Of a DNA stretch of 64,000 nucleotides, positions 16,810 to 31,994 are shown one piece after another. The first letter of the stretch is position 1, and every line of letters begins with the position of its first letter. Source of the DNA: the human T2T-CHM13v2.0 reference genome, Homo sapiens; the NCBI RefSeq assembly GCF_009914755.1, contig NC_060947.1; one strand, given 5' to 3'. The position numbers and the translations under genes were made by a program. Under the pieces are notes generated by a model. That model was given only the letters and a program-made list of their open reading frames with translations. It searched no databases and had not been told where the DNA came from.

Positions 16810-16874
16810 CTTTAAAGAAGATATATATCTTCTTCTTTAAAGAAGATATATATCTTCTTCTTTAAAGAAGATAT
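16810..16874. repeat. 25-bp tandem repeat x2.6 (CTTTAAAGAAGATATATATCTTCTT)
   Basis: Units 16810-16834, 16835-16859, partial 16860-16874. Confidence 0.95.
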
Positions 16875-19042
16875 GGGGAAACTGCAGGCTTCCCAACTTG
16901 TTAATAAATAAGCAGATTATGCTTCTCGTAATACTTGTGGGGCCTCCTCAATGCTAATAAATCAACTCATAGCTGTTTCCAAAGCAGAAATTCTTCCAAG
17001 TGGGTCACATCTGTCATTATTCTTCTGATGGAAGTTGATGTTAGGGATCAACATCAACTTGATGTTAGAGACACCTTCACTCTTCAGATTAAAATATGAA
17101 AATATTCTTGATAATCTAGTCAAAAAGAAATTCAGGCATCCGATTCTGACTTTTCAACAAATTCCCAAGCTCTTGAGTTACCTAGGTAGATAACTGCAAC
17201 ATAAGAAGTTACCCACCCTACCAGCATTGCCTAACAGCCACTTAGCTGGGGCCCAGCTGGCAGAACCAACCTGACTCCCTCATTGCAGAAACCTTCATGG
17301 TAATGAGTCCAAATCACTACTTGGTAGAATTTCCAGTCAGACAGCACTAGCATGTAGTGATAGAAAAACCCTCTTTGTCTTATAATGGCCCCCTCCTCAA
17401 ATTAGAATTGCTGAACTTTCTCTAAGTCGAAGGAACCCTATCTTGTATTTTCCTACCAGACCTGTAGTATGCCTTGCCTAGGTAACTGGCAAACAAAACC
17501 TTTTTCGACTTTTGTTGTACTTCTTTGACATTTCCTTTCATTCCAAGTCTAGTTCAATCTAGCCTTGAAAACCAGTTGAGGTGAGTTCGAAGCCTATATG
17601 TTTTTATCCATTAGAACTTTTCCTAGGAAATAAAACAAACAAAACACCATCAAACTCTTTACCTCAGTAAGTTTAAACCTTTCTTCCCCGGGATTTGTGG
17701 CTGTTTATAACAACACTGACTAGGGCAACCAAAACTTTTGCCTCTGCCTTCCTATTTGCTAAGCTTTGAATAATTGGAGAGAAGGAAACAACCTCTATCC
17801 TTCACCTTTTGGGTCTTATAATCCTTATGAGCAATTTAAAGCTGAATGCATTTATTTGTGAATCGCTCTGAAAGTCCTAAGGGAGCAAGGCAATGTTAAC
17901 GCAGAGAATGTGAACTATAATTACTAAGGCTTGCAGCAGTTATACTTAAAGGCAATTAAACTTAGATAGCATGCAGTTCTTGCCTTGGTGGTAAACTACT
18001 GCAATGCAAGCTCACAAAACTGAAAAATAAGCAATCCAGGGCCACGTGGATTTCTTCAGAAAGGAAACCTAAATATCCTAGCAAAAGCATCCCGCAATAG
18101 AAGTCACTGAGCCAACTCTCTGGAAGGGAAATGCAATAAAGGCCTGGGGAGTTCTCCGAGTTGGCTAAAGATAGGCATGCAGGTCAGATAAATTCCACAA
18201 AGCAAGCCAAAAAATATCTCATTTTGATTTGCCACTGGGATGATTTTCCACAAGGTAGCAAGACCACTGTGGCTGGCATAGTTTTCCCACCTCATTTAAA
18301 AGGAGAAAAAGTGCAACTCACCCATAAACATCATAATCACCTAGTAAATGCCTACTCTCTAGATAGGGTAGAAAAAGACAACTCTTGCATGTGACCAGTC
18401 CAAGATCCTAGAGATGCAATCAACAAAGCCAACCATCTTCTAAGTTACACTCTCTACATTTTCTAGATCTTATCTACGTGTAAAAAGGAACAAAGACCTA
18501 TACGCTTTATTAACTCCACTACTATCTTGAACATTATGTGCTTCACTTTTACCTTAGTCATGACAAATCATGATGTATCTTTATATGGATCAAATGAGAT
18601 GATGCATTAAGTGCTTAGTAGAGTGTATAGTACAGAAAGTACTCCAGGTGGTTTGTTCTTTTTTAGAGAAAAATTAATACCAAGCCATACACATTCCAGT
18701 CCTCTCAACTTTGAACACTCACTCCAGATATCCTTGACATGGCTATCATTCTCTCAGTAACTCTAATGATCACATCATTGTCTAATTAGACAATGCAAAT
18801 ATAGCCATTTTCCCACAGGAGGACATATAACATTAGGCCTCAAACACTTTATGCTGTAGATATCTTTGGATAGCAAGTTGTTCATTGGAAATACAGTTAG
18901 AAGCAACCACTGAGTAGCTGCAAGGATACTGCATTTCTTTCCAAATGACATGATTTGCAAGGTACCTCTGCTTTAGGAGAAAGAAATATTTTACCTAATA
19001 TAAAAAGTACTATTTAACTAAAGACCCCTAGGCAAAACAAAT

Positions 19043-19097
19043 TCTCTTTCTCTCTCTTTCATTCTCTCTCTCTTCCCTCTTTCTCTGTCTCTCTCTC

Positions 19098-19131
<34 letters not shown>
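19043..19131. repeat. Compound (TC)n(TG)n microsatellite
   Basis: Direct reading. Confidence 0.9.
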
Positions 19132-19134
<3 letters not shown>

Positions 19135-19311
19135 CACATACACACAGATATACATATCAGAAATTTCTATCTGACAGCACAATGAAAGGTAAAGGAACAA
19201 GGTGACAATTAGGAGACTTGGGTTCTAGTCCTAGCTCTGCTATTAATAGCAACTTGCTTCTCTATTCTCAGCTACAGAGACCTCATTTGTTTAAAAAAAT
19301 GAGGGGGGTTT

Positions 19312-19498
19312 CAGGAGTCAGCAAACCAAAATGGTCAGCAGCAGCCCAAATCCAGCCATGTCCATTGATTTTGTCTATAGCTGCCTTACAGCTACAATGG
19401 CAGAGTCGAACAGCTGAAGTTGCAACTGAAACTGCATGGCCCACAAACTCCAAAATATTTACAATATGGTCCTTTAGAGAAAAGTTGGCAAACCCCTG
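19312..19498. mobile_element. MER58A-like hAT transposon fossil
   Basis: Termini caggagtcagcaaac ... gttggcaaacccctg; core aaaatatttacaatatggtcctttagagaaaag. Confidence 0.75.
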
Positions 19499-20591
19499 GA
19501 GAGGTCTTCAAATGGTGATGCAGAGTCCCAGTGTTTGGTGGAGGTGCTTGAGGGGCCACTATGGTGGGTGGGTTGTATCAGATGGCTCCTCTTTTATGTG
19601 TTTTACGTATTAGGGTTCTATTTAAAATTTCACCTGAAAAAACAATTGCCAGAGCTTTGTGTGTGTTGTATTCATGTTCATTTTTGTTGTCTGTTACCTG
19701 TCTTCCCTAGAGAATGGGCCTCCCACCTTATTTTGTTCCATCATCTTTTCATACTTGATGCTTCAGTATGGTTACATAGCTTAAGGTTCCTGAATAGCCC
19801 ATAATATTTCACCCCTCACTGCCTTTGCACATGATCTTCTCTCTCTTAGGAATGCCCTGCCCCACCAGGATTTCAGAAGTTTAAAAAAAAAAAAAACAGG
19901 GCTAGATACATGATCTCAGAAGATCTCTAAGAGTCTTTAACTCCCAAATTGGTTGTGAATCAGAATCCCCTTTTCACCTTCAACACTGACCAATATCCAA
20001 GAGGGCTCAGCCAAACGGGGTCCTAAGATTCTGTACTGTCACATTCTTAGGCGTAAAAACAAAAGTTTTGCTTTAGTTTGTGTGTATGTACATGCAAGAG
20101 ACATACTATATAATGTGTGTTCTTGTCATAAGACCCTAGATGATTTATTTTTCTGTTTTCAGTGTTCAAAGAACTGAAGGTTCACTTAAAGAATTTCCAA
20201 AGCCAAGATAGTGGTTCGAGTGTTTGTGCATAAAATGAGTTGTGAGGACCACAGATTAGTCACTCTAGTTTCTAATCTAGAGACCAGTACCCATGAGCCC
20301 TCAAGATTCCAAGTAAATCTATCATTTAAGCCAAATCCCTCTTGAACATTCAGTGAATGGAGTAAATCCTTCATCTATTAAAGTTTTCTTACCAAATGCC
20401 AACTTTCAAGAAGTTGTCAAATCCTTTCCTTGCTTTCTCCAATTCTGTGTTTTCTTAATGTAGATCCCTAAACTGCTTTTACTCCCTGGCTTGATCTTTA
20501 GATCCACTTTCTCCCTAACCCTACCCTGACTCCCGCCTCCTACAGTACTCCAAGGTCCAATCTATGGTAGTTTCCTTTTTTGCCTTTATAT

Positions 20592-20836
20592 CAATGGTTC
20601 TCAACTGGGGGCAATCCCCCCACCCCCTACCATGCCCAACTATCCAGGGGACATTTTAGCAATGTGTGGAGACATCTTTGGTTGTCACAACTGGAGGTGG
20701 GGTGCTACTGGCATTTGGTGACTAAAAGCCAGGGGTGCTGCTAAATAGCCCACAATACACAGGACAGCATCCTACCACCGCCACTAAAGAGTTATCCAGC
20801 TCCAAATGTCAGGAACGCTGAGGTTCAGAAACTTTG
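20592..20836. mobile_element. MER20 (hAT-Charlie) DNA transposon fossil
   Basis: ca.tggttctcaactggggg start, core ttggttgtcacaactgg..ggtgctactggcat, end gaggtt.agaaac..tg. Confidence 0.85.
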
Positions 20837-21328
20837 CTCAACATTGCAGCACTACTGGAGATCTCCTTTGTGCCACACTAATATTTTAATGTTATCATGT
20901 TATCCTCAGTCACAGACCTCTAGGTGACTATAAGATTTCTCACTCTGAAACTTAGCATGCCCCAGATGGCTTTCATCTTTCCTCAAAATGTCATCCTTTT
21001 GATAGTTCAGTCATCATCATCATCACTTACCTAATTTTTCCAGTCTCAGAATCTTGGAATTATCATTCTTCCCTCTTTCCTTTGTCTATCATATCCAATC
21101 TACTACTATGTCTTAATTCTAACATCTCTCATATTCTTTCATTTCTTTGTATGTTCATAGCCAACACAGTTTAAGCTATAATAACACCTAACAGATCTTA
21201 CTTTCAGTTGCTCTCCCGATCTATACACACATGCATGCACATACACACACAGACACACAGACACACACACACCCACCCATGAGTCCATCCTATAGACAGC
21301 TGCTATAACAGACTTCCTGAAATAGTCA

Positions 21329-21778
<450 letters not shown>

Positions 21779-23799
21779 ACTCTTAAACTACTGCTAGCAC
21801 ACCCATTCAATTAGTGTTTATTAGGTACCTATTATATCCAAGGCACTTTTAAACCTACCTCCTCTCTTCTTTAGACCAGAGCTGCTCTCTTTCATCCATA
21901 CCTCAAACTACTTGATGCTTTTACGTTCACCAGTCTACTGTCATTCTCCCCTGTTCAGCCTAGATATGGCTCTTAAAAATGCCTTATCAATCTAGGCTCC
22001 AACTGTCTTAAAATTCTTCCAGGTCTACTATGCAAATACTCAAACTTCATATTGGTCTGATCATTTCTTATCCCTCCTTACTAAATCACTAAACTCTCCA
22101 AGAGTTCTTCCTTGAATAATCTTATCTGATCCTGATTGCTGCTTTTCTTTATAGCTTCTCATCATGTGTACTCTATTAAGCAGTCATTTTTTAAAGATTT
22201 TATTCATGTGTGGATTCACTCATTCATTCAACAGATATTTACTGAATGCTTATTATGCATCAGGCCCTATTCTACAAATGAGAGCAGGAGGGATGTAGCG
22301 GGAAACAAGACAAAGTTTCTGCCTCAATTGGAAGGCAATATCCATAGGCCACTTAAGGGTAGAGCCCTTCTATTTTCCTTGGTGTCTCTCTTAAGTTCTA
22401 GTTCTAGTTTACTGGTCACTATATTCTTGGTGAACAGTTAATATTAAATAACGATTACATTCAAGAACAAAAATGAGCATAGTATAGCTTATCTACAACA
22501 CTGCAAATATACAAACAACAAACACACACCTCATAAATGTATTCACTTTGGCCCAGTCAAGATAAGAATTTCATATCATTCCTATTCAGAGATAAGTTTT
22601 TAAAGGAAAATCATAAAATTGAGAGGAAGAACAGTGGGAAGGCAATCTATTGAAGCATAAGGCAAATACTCTTGAGCTCAATCAATCATATGATTTTCCA
22701 TTACACTTCTGTAATATTTTGAACCAGTTCCCAAGTATTTGGCAGATCTCTTAACCCCCTTCTGACTCAGGAAAATCTGATCCCTGCAAATGAATACCAC
22801 GTGATGGCATCTCTTCCCTCCTTCCAACAACTGTGGGTGTCTTTCAAACTTATTTTTTAAAGGATGGCTATATACAAAATTACTTCTAGAGCCCCATTTG
22901 TCTTAGCCATTTGCAAGGAAGCGACTTAATCATTTAGCTTCCCATTTATTCACTAGTGGACAAAGAACAGGGTTAAAATGTTTTAGATTTAAGAGATCTG
23001 GGTTTTCTCCTAAATTTATCACTGACTGTATCACCTAATCTGTCTGTACTTTAATTTCTTAATCTGTCAAATGAGGATAACACTTGCAAGGTTCTTTGGG
23101 GATATACTAATATATCTGTAAATATTTTTAATGTTTAAAAAATACAAACAAGAAAATACAGATCAGTAGGCAGAAAGGACAGACTATTAATACCAGCTGG
23201 ATGACCACCAACATATACAAACACTCCATTGGCTAAAGGACATTAAGGTTAAAAATATAAAACTAAGTCCAGTGCCTTCATTGTCTAATTTTCCTCTTCC
23301 CCTGTATTGTCCACAACTCCAAACACTCTTATACAAATGTCACAACTGAAGTGTATTTTTATTGTTATTCTCCTTCATACCACTGGTTATATGTTGCTCC
23401 AAGAGCCTGATTTTAGTTTGATCTGATTTAGTCTTACCCAGGAGCCACTGGATCCAAGTAAGAGTTCATGCTGAAGCAATTTGGTAACACTACCCTGGTA
23501 TTAGCAAGCTGCCTCTGTCCATTGCCAGTAGGCTGTGGTCCACTGGTAGATATTAAAAGAATTGAAGAGTAAAAAAAACCACCTCTAAAAACTTGCTACC
23601 TCAGGAATAGGGCTCATGTTGTAAAGGCGACTAAAGAGAAACCCACAAGGTTTCCAATTTAGGAATTCCAAAAGCCAAAATCATAGGAAAGACTGAAAGA
23701 ATTGAGCTCAGAGAGATCACTCCATCTCTATTTGGGGGTAGACATAATTTCTTTCTTGTAACACATTGGGTGGAAAAACACCTACCTAAAAGTAAATAC

Positions 23800-24267
<468 letters not shown>

Positions 24268-27200
24268 TTATCTGTATCCTATCAATACTCTAAATGCACA
24301 CATAATTCACATCCTTGGATCTTCCATCCAAATCTATAATCCATCAAAACACTGGGTAAGATTTACCTTCACCAATGAAATCCTATTGCTGTTTGAAAAT
24401 TATTTTGGAGTATTAGACATATAAATATCTATGCCTATGACATCTTCCTCTAATATCAGGGAAGCAGGAAATTGGTTATGATGCTTTGTGGATAGGTGTC
24501 ATAGCAGAAAATTATGTATCTTTAAAACCAAAAAGACAAATCAAATTAGTAAGAGATCCAGAAAGAAGGGAAAATATTAGCCCTTAAGAACAATGGTGGA
24601 AATGGAGTAAAACGGTATGAATTTAGCCTTAGAGAATTGAGTAGAATTGCAATGGGACTCCAGAAAATGCACTGGCTACTCCAATACGAGCTATCAATGT
24701 GACATCTACATCATCACTAGCCACTGCAGTTCAGAAAAGGTTAACATTTGGGCCCCTTCTTGTTGAATCTCCATGGCTTTCATTCTAGCCTAAAGCCAAA
24801 GAACAAGGCTCACTGGCTCTCTCTGCCAGCCCTCTCACATTCCACACTCTCCCTTCCTGTGCACTCAGTTCAGTAAGCAGCCCACCCGCAGCATCTTCCC
24901 TCTTTGATCTTGCCAAGGCCTTTTTCCCACCATCCCTGAAACAATTACCCAAGCCGCTTCCACTCCGGATCATCATAAGACAGCAGCCAGCCAGAAGCCT
25001 GGGCTGCCCTGAGCCTTGTGAGAGGATATGCCAGACATCCATCGAAAATCTCCAGCGAGGTCAAATTGGTAGGGGGTGGGGAGGCTGTCTTTGAATGGGA
25101 GAATACCGTGGTTGCTGTAGGACACAGAGCTCTTTTGACTTGGAGTTTAATGAGCCTCCACTTCAATAGGACCTACGTGTCCCGAAAGAAAGATAAGGGC
25201 AAGGACGGAAAGGCACCATTTACCTCGTTCGGCTGCTACTGCAATAGGGGCACAGGGTACACGCTGGTTCAAGGCCTGGATCAGAGTGACTCACCAAGAA
25301 AACAGGTCTGATTTATAATTACAGTGCTATCCCCTCCCCAGCAAGATACCTCCTTCCTGGATGTCAGCAGAGCCAGGTCCATGAAAGAATGCATTGAACT
25401 TGGGAGCAAATGGAAGCTGTGATTGCAGGAGAAAGTTCTTTGTAAGCCTGAGGCAACATTTCTATGTAGAGTTTAGAGCACAGTGATTGTAGAGAACCTC
25501 AGGCAAGAGAGTTAATGAGATTAGCAAGAAGGAATGAATTTCAGGAAAAGCATCTAAATGAGGTCTTTGTAAAGAGAAAGACATAAATAAATGCAAGGGT
25601 CCTCTGACCATTAAAGTAGTCATAACCTTTCCCTGACCACCTTAATGCAATGAGAAGTAGTTACCTAAGTGACCTTGTAGTTAGAAGGCTGAGAAAAATA
25701 GTCTCCTGACAAAAGGTCTAATTTGAGAAAGTTTCCCTAATTTTGATTTGCTAAGTAGGCTAGAAAGGTTTTCCTTGGAAGAACTTCTAAGGTTCGAGAA
25801 AAGAGGAAAGTTCATGATGCCATTTGTAAGCCATCACTAAATTATCTGTTTATATGGGACACAGGCAGGTTATCTAACATATCCATGTGCCTTCAAAAAC
25901 AGCCTTACTTGAGCCATTTCCAACAGACAGAAGGATAACTCTTCTATTCATGAATACCTTTCTCGGTTTAGCAATGTTCAATGATTTTGTGAAGCAATCA
26001 CAATGAAGGTTCCTTCCTAGATCTGTTCCAGAACTACCTGTTTACCTCAAATACCTCCCTGATGATGTTCCAAACTTTGAAATTTCAGCCCTGAAAGAGC
26101 AAAGCCTAATGAAGACTGAGTCACAGCAGCAAAGCAAAACTTTAATTAGCAATTTCCTATATCTGAGGATAAGCAAAAGGGATGTTTTCCTTTGAACAAT
26201 ATAGAGGAGACACGACAAACAGCGCCCAGGAGCAAATCCAGCTCTGAGAGACTGCTAAAACAAAAAGGGAAATAAGAACCAGTTGATTTTCTCTGAGATG
26301 TGGTCTTCCAAGCGTTTATATGTGCTAGAAGTGAGCGGGCTTGAAAGTCTGGAAGACATCACATGGCCTCTGAGATTCCGCTGGGTAGAGGGTGGTAAGC
26401 CTGCTCTCCCAGTCAAAGGTTTCACCTCCTTTAGCAAGAGCAACTCAGAATTTCCTAACAATTAGACTCCATGTGAAAGCACAAATTGGATGAGGACTAA
26501 GAACTTAACAATAATTGATGACCTCATTTGAAATAAATGCCATCATTCAATCCCAGCTCAATACTTAGAACTTCTTTATATTGTAAAGCTACATACATAT
26601 TTTGGGGAGGGCCCCTGGAAAACTACTAAAAATCTCCAGGACTAATGCCCAGAAAAGCCTCAGAAGTCTGAAGCCAGAAATATATTTCAGGCAACCTTTT
26701 CAGCGAGGGCTGCCCAGTGGGAACTAGAAATGAACATTTTCTCCCAACACATATATTATTTTCAATATTTTCAAACAACCAGTTACCACTGTGCCCTCGG
26801 ATGTTGCAAAGAAAAATGGTTGCAGACAGTCTGTCCCCATTTATCTCCAACTGGCTGAGCACCCTTCCTGGAGGGGCAGCAGGACTCTCTGTACACCCCA
26901 ATCTCAAAGCAGTCTGGACAAGTTTCTCATAGTCTTTTGAAAAGAAAGGCCCGACGAGTGAAGAAATTTTTAAAAAACTTAAAAGATGCAGAGGTTACTA
27001 AATCTGAACAAGCACCCACATTTTCTTTTTGGGAGGTGAACCAAAGGATGATTCAGACAGGGAGAAAGGCAGCAGGGTTTAGGGAATGAAGAGTCATGAG
27101 ATACCAGTTTTATTTCTGGCTCTACCCAAGACTGGCCATGTGACCACCAGCAAGCTACTTCTTCGCAGCAGGTCTCTTAGCTTGTCCTTCTCTAAAAGAA

Positions 27201-28717
27201 TTCAGTCTTACCCCATCCTGTAATTTTCTCTGGAATGTCCTCACAAAAATGTGAGGGAAGGGAATATATGGGGTGTAGCAAAAGGATGCAATAAGCTCCT
27301 TAAACCTAGACATCAGGTAAGTACAAGTCTTCCTCATTTTCTGTTGAGCAACTTAGCATAGTTCTAATATAGACAACTGATGAAGCTAGATATTAACCTG
27401 ATTTTATACTACCTGGAGTTGATATTCTAGCAAGTCAGGCTAAGGGATATCATGAATTAGATGGCACTACCCACTGGTAAAGTGTGAATTTACAGCCCAA
27501 CTCCAACAAGCATTTTAATATCCAAAAAAGAAAGCAGAGGAAATTGATAAGTTGGGAAATCTCCAGGAACTAGACCTATTCTTATTGAGGGAAAGGAAGC
27601 AAGCAATGAATGAAGGCAGTAAAGATACCTCATATACAATAGCCAGAATGCTTTTTAAATGCTAATAAATTTCTTTTGTTTCAAATCTACAAATTTCTCA
27701 ACTTTTTATGATGAAGGCTATTTTTCCCCTTAAAACAATTCAAATTTCAGAGCAGAAGTCTGTGAGATATGAAATTTTCTTTACCAAGATACACTCTAGC
27801 ATCAATTTTTGCTGGAACACACCCATCCCCTGAAGGGCAAAACATCTAAGAGTTAGTAGTCCAGTGCAATAACAACTGACATCCAAGATAAATTAATGAC
27901 AAGCCAGCAGCAAATTTCCCTCTATTTCACATGAGTACAGTTTAGTGTTGCAATCAAATAGCATCTATGTCAAGCCTAATCAGATACATATTAATCATAT
28001 GCTTAATAGTTTGGGGGCCCTTGCATTTGTCAAGGGAAGGCTTCATCTCTGCACACACATAAATGACAAGTCCATTCCTCCACGTAACTATTTTCTAGAA
28101 GTAGCCACTGAGAACCACAGCACAGCTTTTGGCCAGAGCATTTTTTCTGAAATAAGCTGTAAACTGTCCCTGGGTCCCATCCTGTCTCAGACCTCCCAAG
28201 ATTGCTTCTATTCAAAAACCAATCTGCCAAGTAAGTCCAACAGTAAAAGATATGGCCAGCAAGAATCATTTCTGACCTGAGAGGGGACTGACTTCCCACT
28301 AAGCCTGGGTAGACAAGGGCTGTTCAGATTTCAAAATCCTTAGAGTACTTTAAGCTACCTAGAAGTATTTTCTAGTTTTATAAAGTTTTAAAATACCTGT
28401 AAGGGCAGAAATTAAAATATACATCTATACATATACATATCTATACATCTATGTCCATATATATATTTATATATCTGTCATAGGCTTATGGTACGGCTAG
28501 GTATATAGTAAGAGCTTGGAATATGGGGGCAGTGAGCTTATTATATGAATGAACAAATGGAAACTGTTTCTTGACCCTGGTGATTTCCTATTTTGGAGCA
28601 AAAGAAAAGAATTTACCAAGAAGAGAAAAGAAAGCAAAGTCCACTCACATCAGCACAGTGGAAACTAGGAGCAGCAGATGGCACCTCCCTTCTGGGGATT
28701 ATGCAGCTGCCAATTCA

Positions 28718-28984
<267 letters not shown>

Positions 28985-29217
28985 TCAAAGCCTTACCTGA
29001 GCAAAATTGACACATCATACCCTTTACTAGATAGCCTACTGCTCTAGTGCACAGCTGAAGAACCAGTATACCCAAGATCTGGACTCTATCACTGGCTCTC
29101 TCACTAACTTGTTGTAGAAATTCAGAAAAGTCACTTAACAACTTAATGGTTGTTGAGCAGAAGCAATGAGAAAATAGTTGTAACGTGTTCCAAAAATTAT
29201 TAGGCATTATACAAAGA

Positions 29218-29220
<3 letters not shown>

Positions 29221-29262
<42 letters not shown>
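29221..29262. repeat. (CA)21 microsatellite
   Basis: Direct reading. Confidence 0.95.
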
Positions 29263-29265
<3 letters not shown>

Positions 29266-29830
29266 CCCTCAGAAGAAAAGGTAGGCTCATCTCCTCAATT
29301 TTATTTCTTCCAAATTGTCTTACATTGGCAAAAAGCAATTGAGCTCAAAACATTTTTCCAATTGTTTCCTCATGACAGTACATTAAATAGTGCTAAAAAT
29401 GACATTTCATAAACTGGATAAAAGCTCATGCCCACCCTTCACACACTAACATCACTTTGTAACTGAGATCAAGTCTACTCGACAACATGTCCTCTCCACG
29501 GAAAACCTAACCCAACACCACCCCCTAACCCAACCCACTTTATCTCAGCATCTGCTTCTCTTGGGAATCCAATGTCTTTTAAAAGATAATACACTAAAAC
29601 TGGAAGCCATGTTATGCTTTTATCCTACTCCTTCTCCAGTAGGATAGGCTAGGCGTGGAGGGAACACTGTAAAGAACAGGGCAAAGTTAGATGGAAAACA
29701 TCAGGATCAGAGGAAGAAAGGCAGCCATTTCACCTGAAGAAAACATCCTCTATTTGTGAATCTCCTTTTCTCCCTTTAAGCCTATTAGAGTTTGAAAGTT
29801 CAGTTTTTTTTAAATAAAGTAATCCAATAT

Positions 29831-30155
<325 letters not shown>

Positions 30156-30159
30156 TTAC

Positions 30160-30211
30160 ACACACACGTTTTATACATATGTATATATACATATGTATAA
30201 AACGTGTGTGT
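30160..30211. repeat. 52-bp perfect palindrome in a TA/CA-rich tract
   Basis: acacacacgttttatacatatgtata|tatacatatgtataaaacgtgtgtgt. Confidence 0.95.
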
Positions 30212-31239
30212 ATATATATATATATATACTTGCATATATACAAAAACGTATGTGTGTATATAAATACTTGCATGTGTGTGCATATGTGTATACAAATATA
30301 CTCTATGACCTTAGAATGGAAGAGCTTAGTGGGCAGATAATGGTCTTTCTGGCTTGGGTTTTAAAGAGAGCTCAGTTTAGCAGCACCTATATAATGAGCG
30401 TTTAATAAACATCTGTGGATGGATATAAGAAAAATAGAGGAAGAAAGCACCAGTATGAGACAGTAGCCAAAACTATAATTTTTAGGAGAATGAAGGAACA
30501 TGATCACAAGCTAGCATTTGCATAAGTTAATACAGATTTATAAGTAATCCCTAAACAGATTTTACACTTTGGTCCATACACTATTCTTATCTCAATCTGC
30601 CCTCTTCTAGTGGCTGGCTGTACCTTGTTCCAGTACCCACAGCTAATGAGAATATCAGAATATTACACCTGAAGTGATATCACTGAATTCCAACGAAGTA
30701 ATTCTCACTCTTCCCAAATAATCACTTAAAGATTTCATTGCTTGGTCCTAGTTGTAGATGTCTATTTGTGAAATGGACCCCTTGTGACTCCAGCAGGGAG
30801 AGGGAAAAAGGAACCATTATGAAATATGCCAGAGCATTCTGTTCTTAACAAGGCCTGCCCTCAAGAGAAACTATTTAACCAGAACCTAATCTATGAGTTT
30901 TTGGGATTTTGTTTGCTTGCTTGTTTGTTTCCAGAGCCTAACCGACCCACGGGAAAGGAAACATCCAACTCCAGTCTGCTCTGGCCTTCCACACGAGAGA
31001 AGGAAATAACCAGCTGAAGCCCTTTCTAGTGATCCTGCACCACCTAAAGGGGTGAAAAAAAACTGAGATGCACTTGTGAAGTTCAGTCCAGAGGCACAGG
31101 CTCACTAAAAGACTGAGACCTAATCATAGGTCTAGAGCACTTCCCTTTCCCCCAGATTTTACTATCACATCCTGAAAGGCCTATTTACCACAGTTGCCTT
31201 TTACCCCATACATCAGGTCTGCCATTTCACACACACACA

Positions 31240-31480
31240 CGAAAAAACCTACAAGTCACACTAAAAGGTAAAATATACAGTTTGAAAAGACAGGGCAAGA
31301 ATCAGAACCAGACCCCGAGATAAGGCAGGGATGCTGGAATTAACAGACTGGGAATTTAAAACAAATATGATTCATATGCTAACGGCTCTAATAAAAAAAG
31401 TAGACAGCATGCAAGATCAGATCAATAATATAAGCAGAAAGAAAGACATGTTAAGAAAGAATCAACAATGCTAGATGGTA
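31240..31480 (+). mobile_element. Old L1 (L1M) 5'/ORF1-region fragment
   Basis: gaattaacagactgggaatttaaaacaaatatgatt..atgctaa resembles L1M; approximate. Confidence 0.5.
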
Positions 31481-31994
31481 AAACAGAGGTAACAATACCA
31501 TCTTATTTAACCTCACAATATTTGTAAGGATCAAATGAGATAGAAGATTTATTTAAGTGAAAGAAATGTTAGAAAGCATAACCAAACACCAAAGGAACTT
31601 ACTACATAAAGCAGATGATGATCATCATCACCACGATTAGTAATGAGAATCTGTAGCTTCAAAACCTTTCATTGTGATACAACAGATTCTGTACACTAAT
31701 TTTTAGTATGAGAAAGTTGAGAGTCACCTGACCTATAAAATCAGCAATTCCATGTTTCTGAATCAAATCATTATAACTACAGGGGACCATGACACATGTA
31801 GTTATGTCCCTTGTCTTTCCTCTCCTCTTAACTAAGACAGACCTCACACCAGAAACTCAAACAAGTAGTTTCGATTTTTTGGAGGTTAAGTGCTCTTCAT
31901 CTGGAGACTTAAACCTTAAGTTATAGGAGAAACTTCAATAGGGCAGTCTCACCTTCTTTCCCACTCTGACTTTGCATTTGGAAAGAAAGGAACA

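Noticed and set aside
16810-16874. CRISPR-like palindromic direct repeats
   Set aside because: No spacers, head-to-tail units, human intron context; it is a minisatellite
24998-25010. 13-mer CCTGGGCTGCCCT shared with 47017-47029
   Set aside because: Dozens of exact 13-mer pairs are expected by chance in 64 kb
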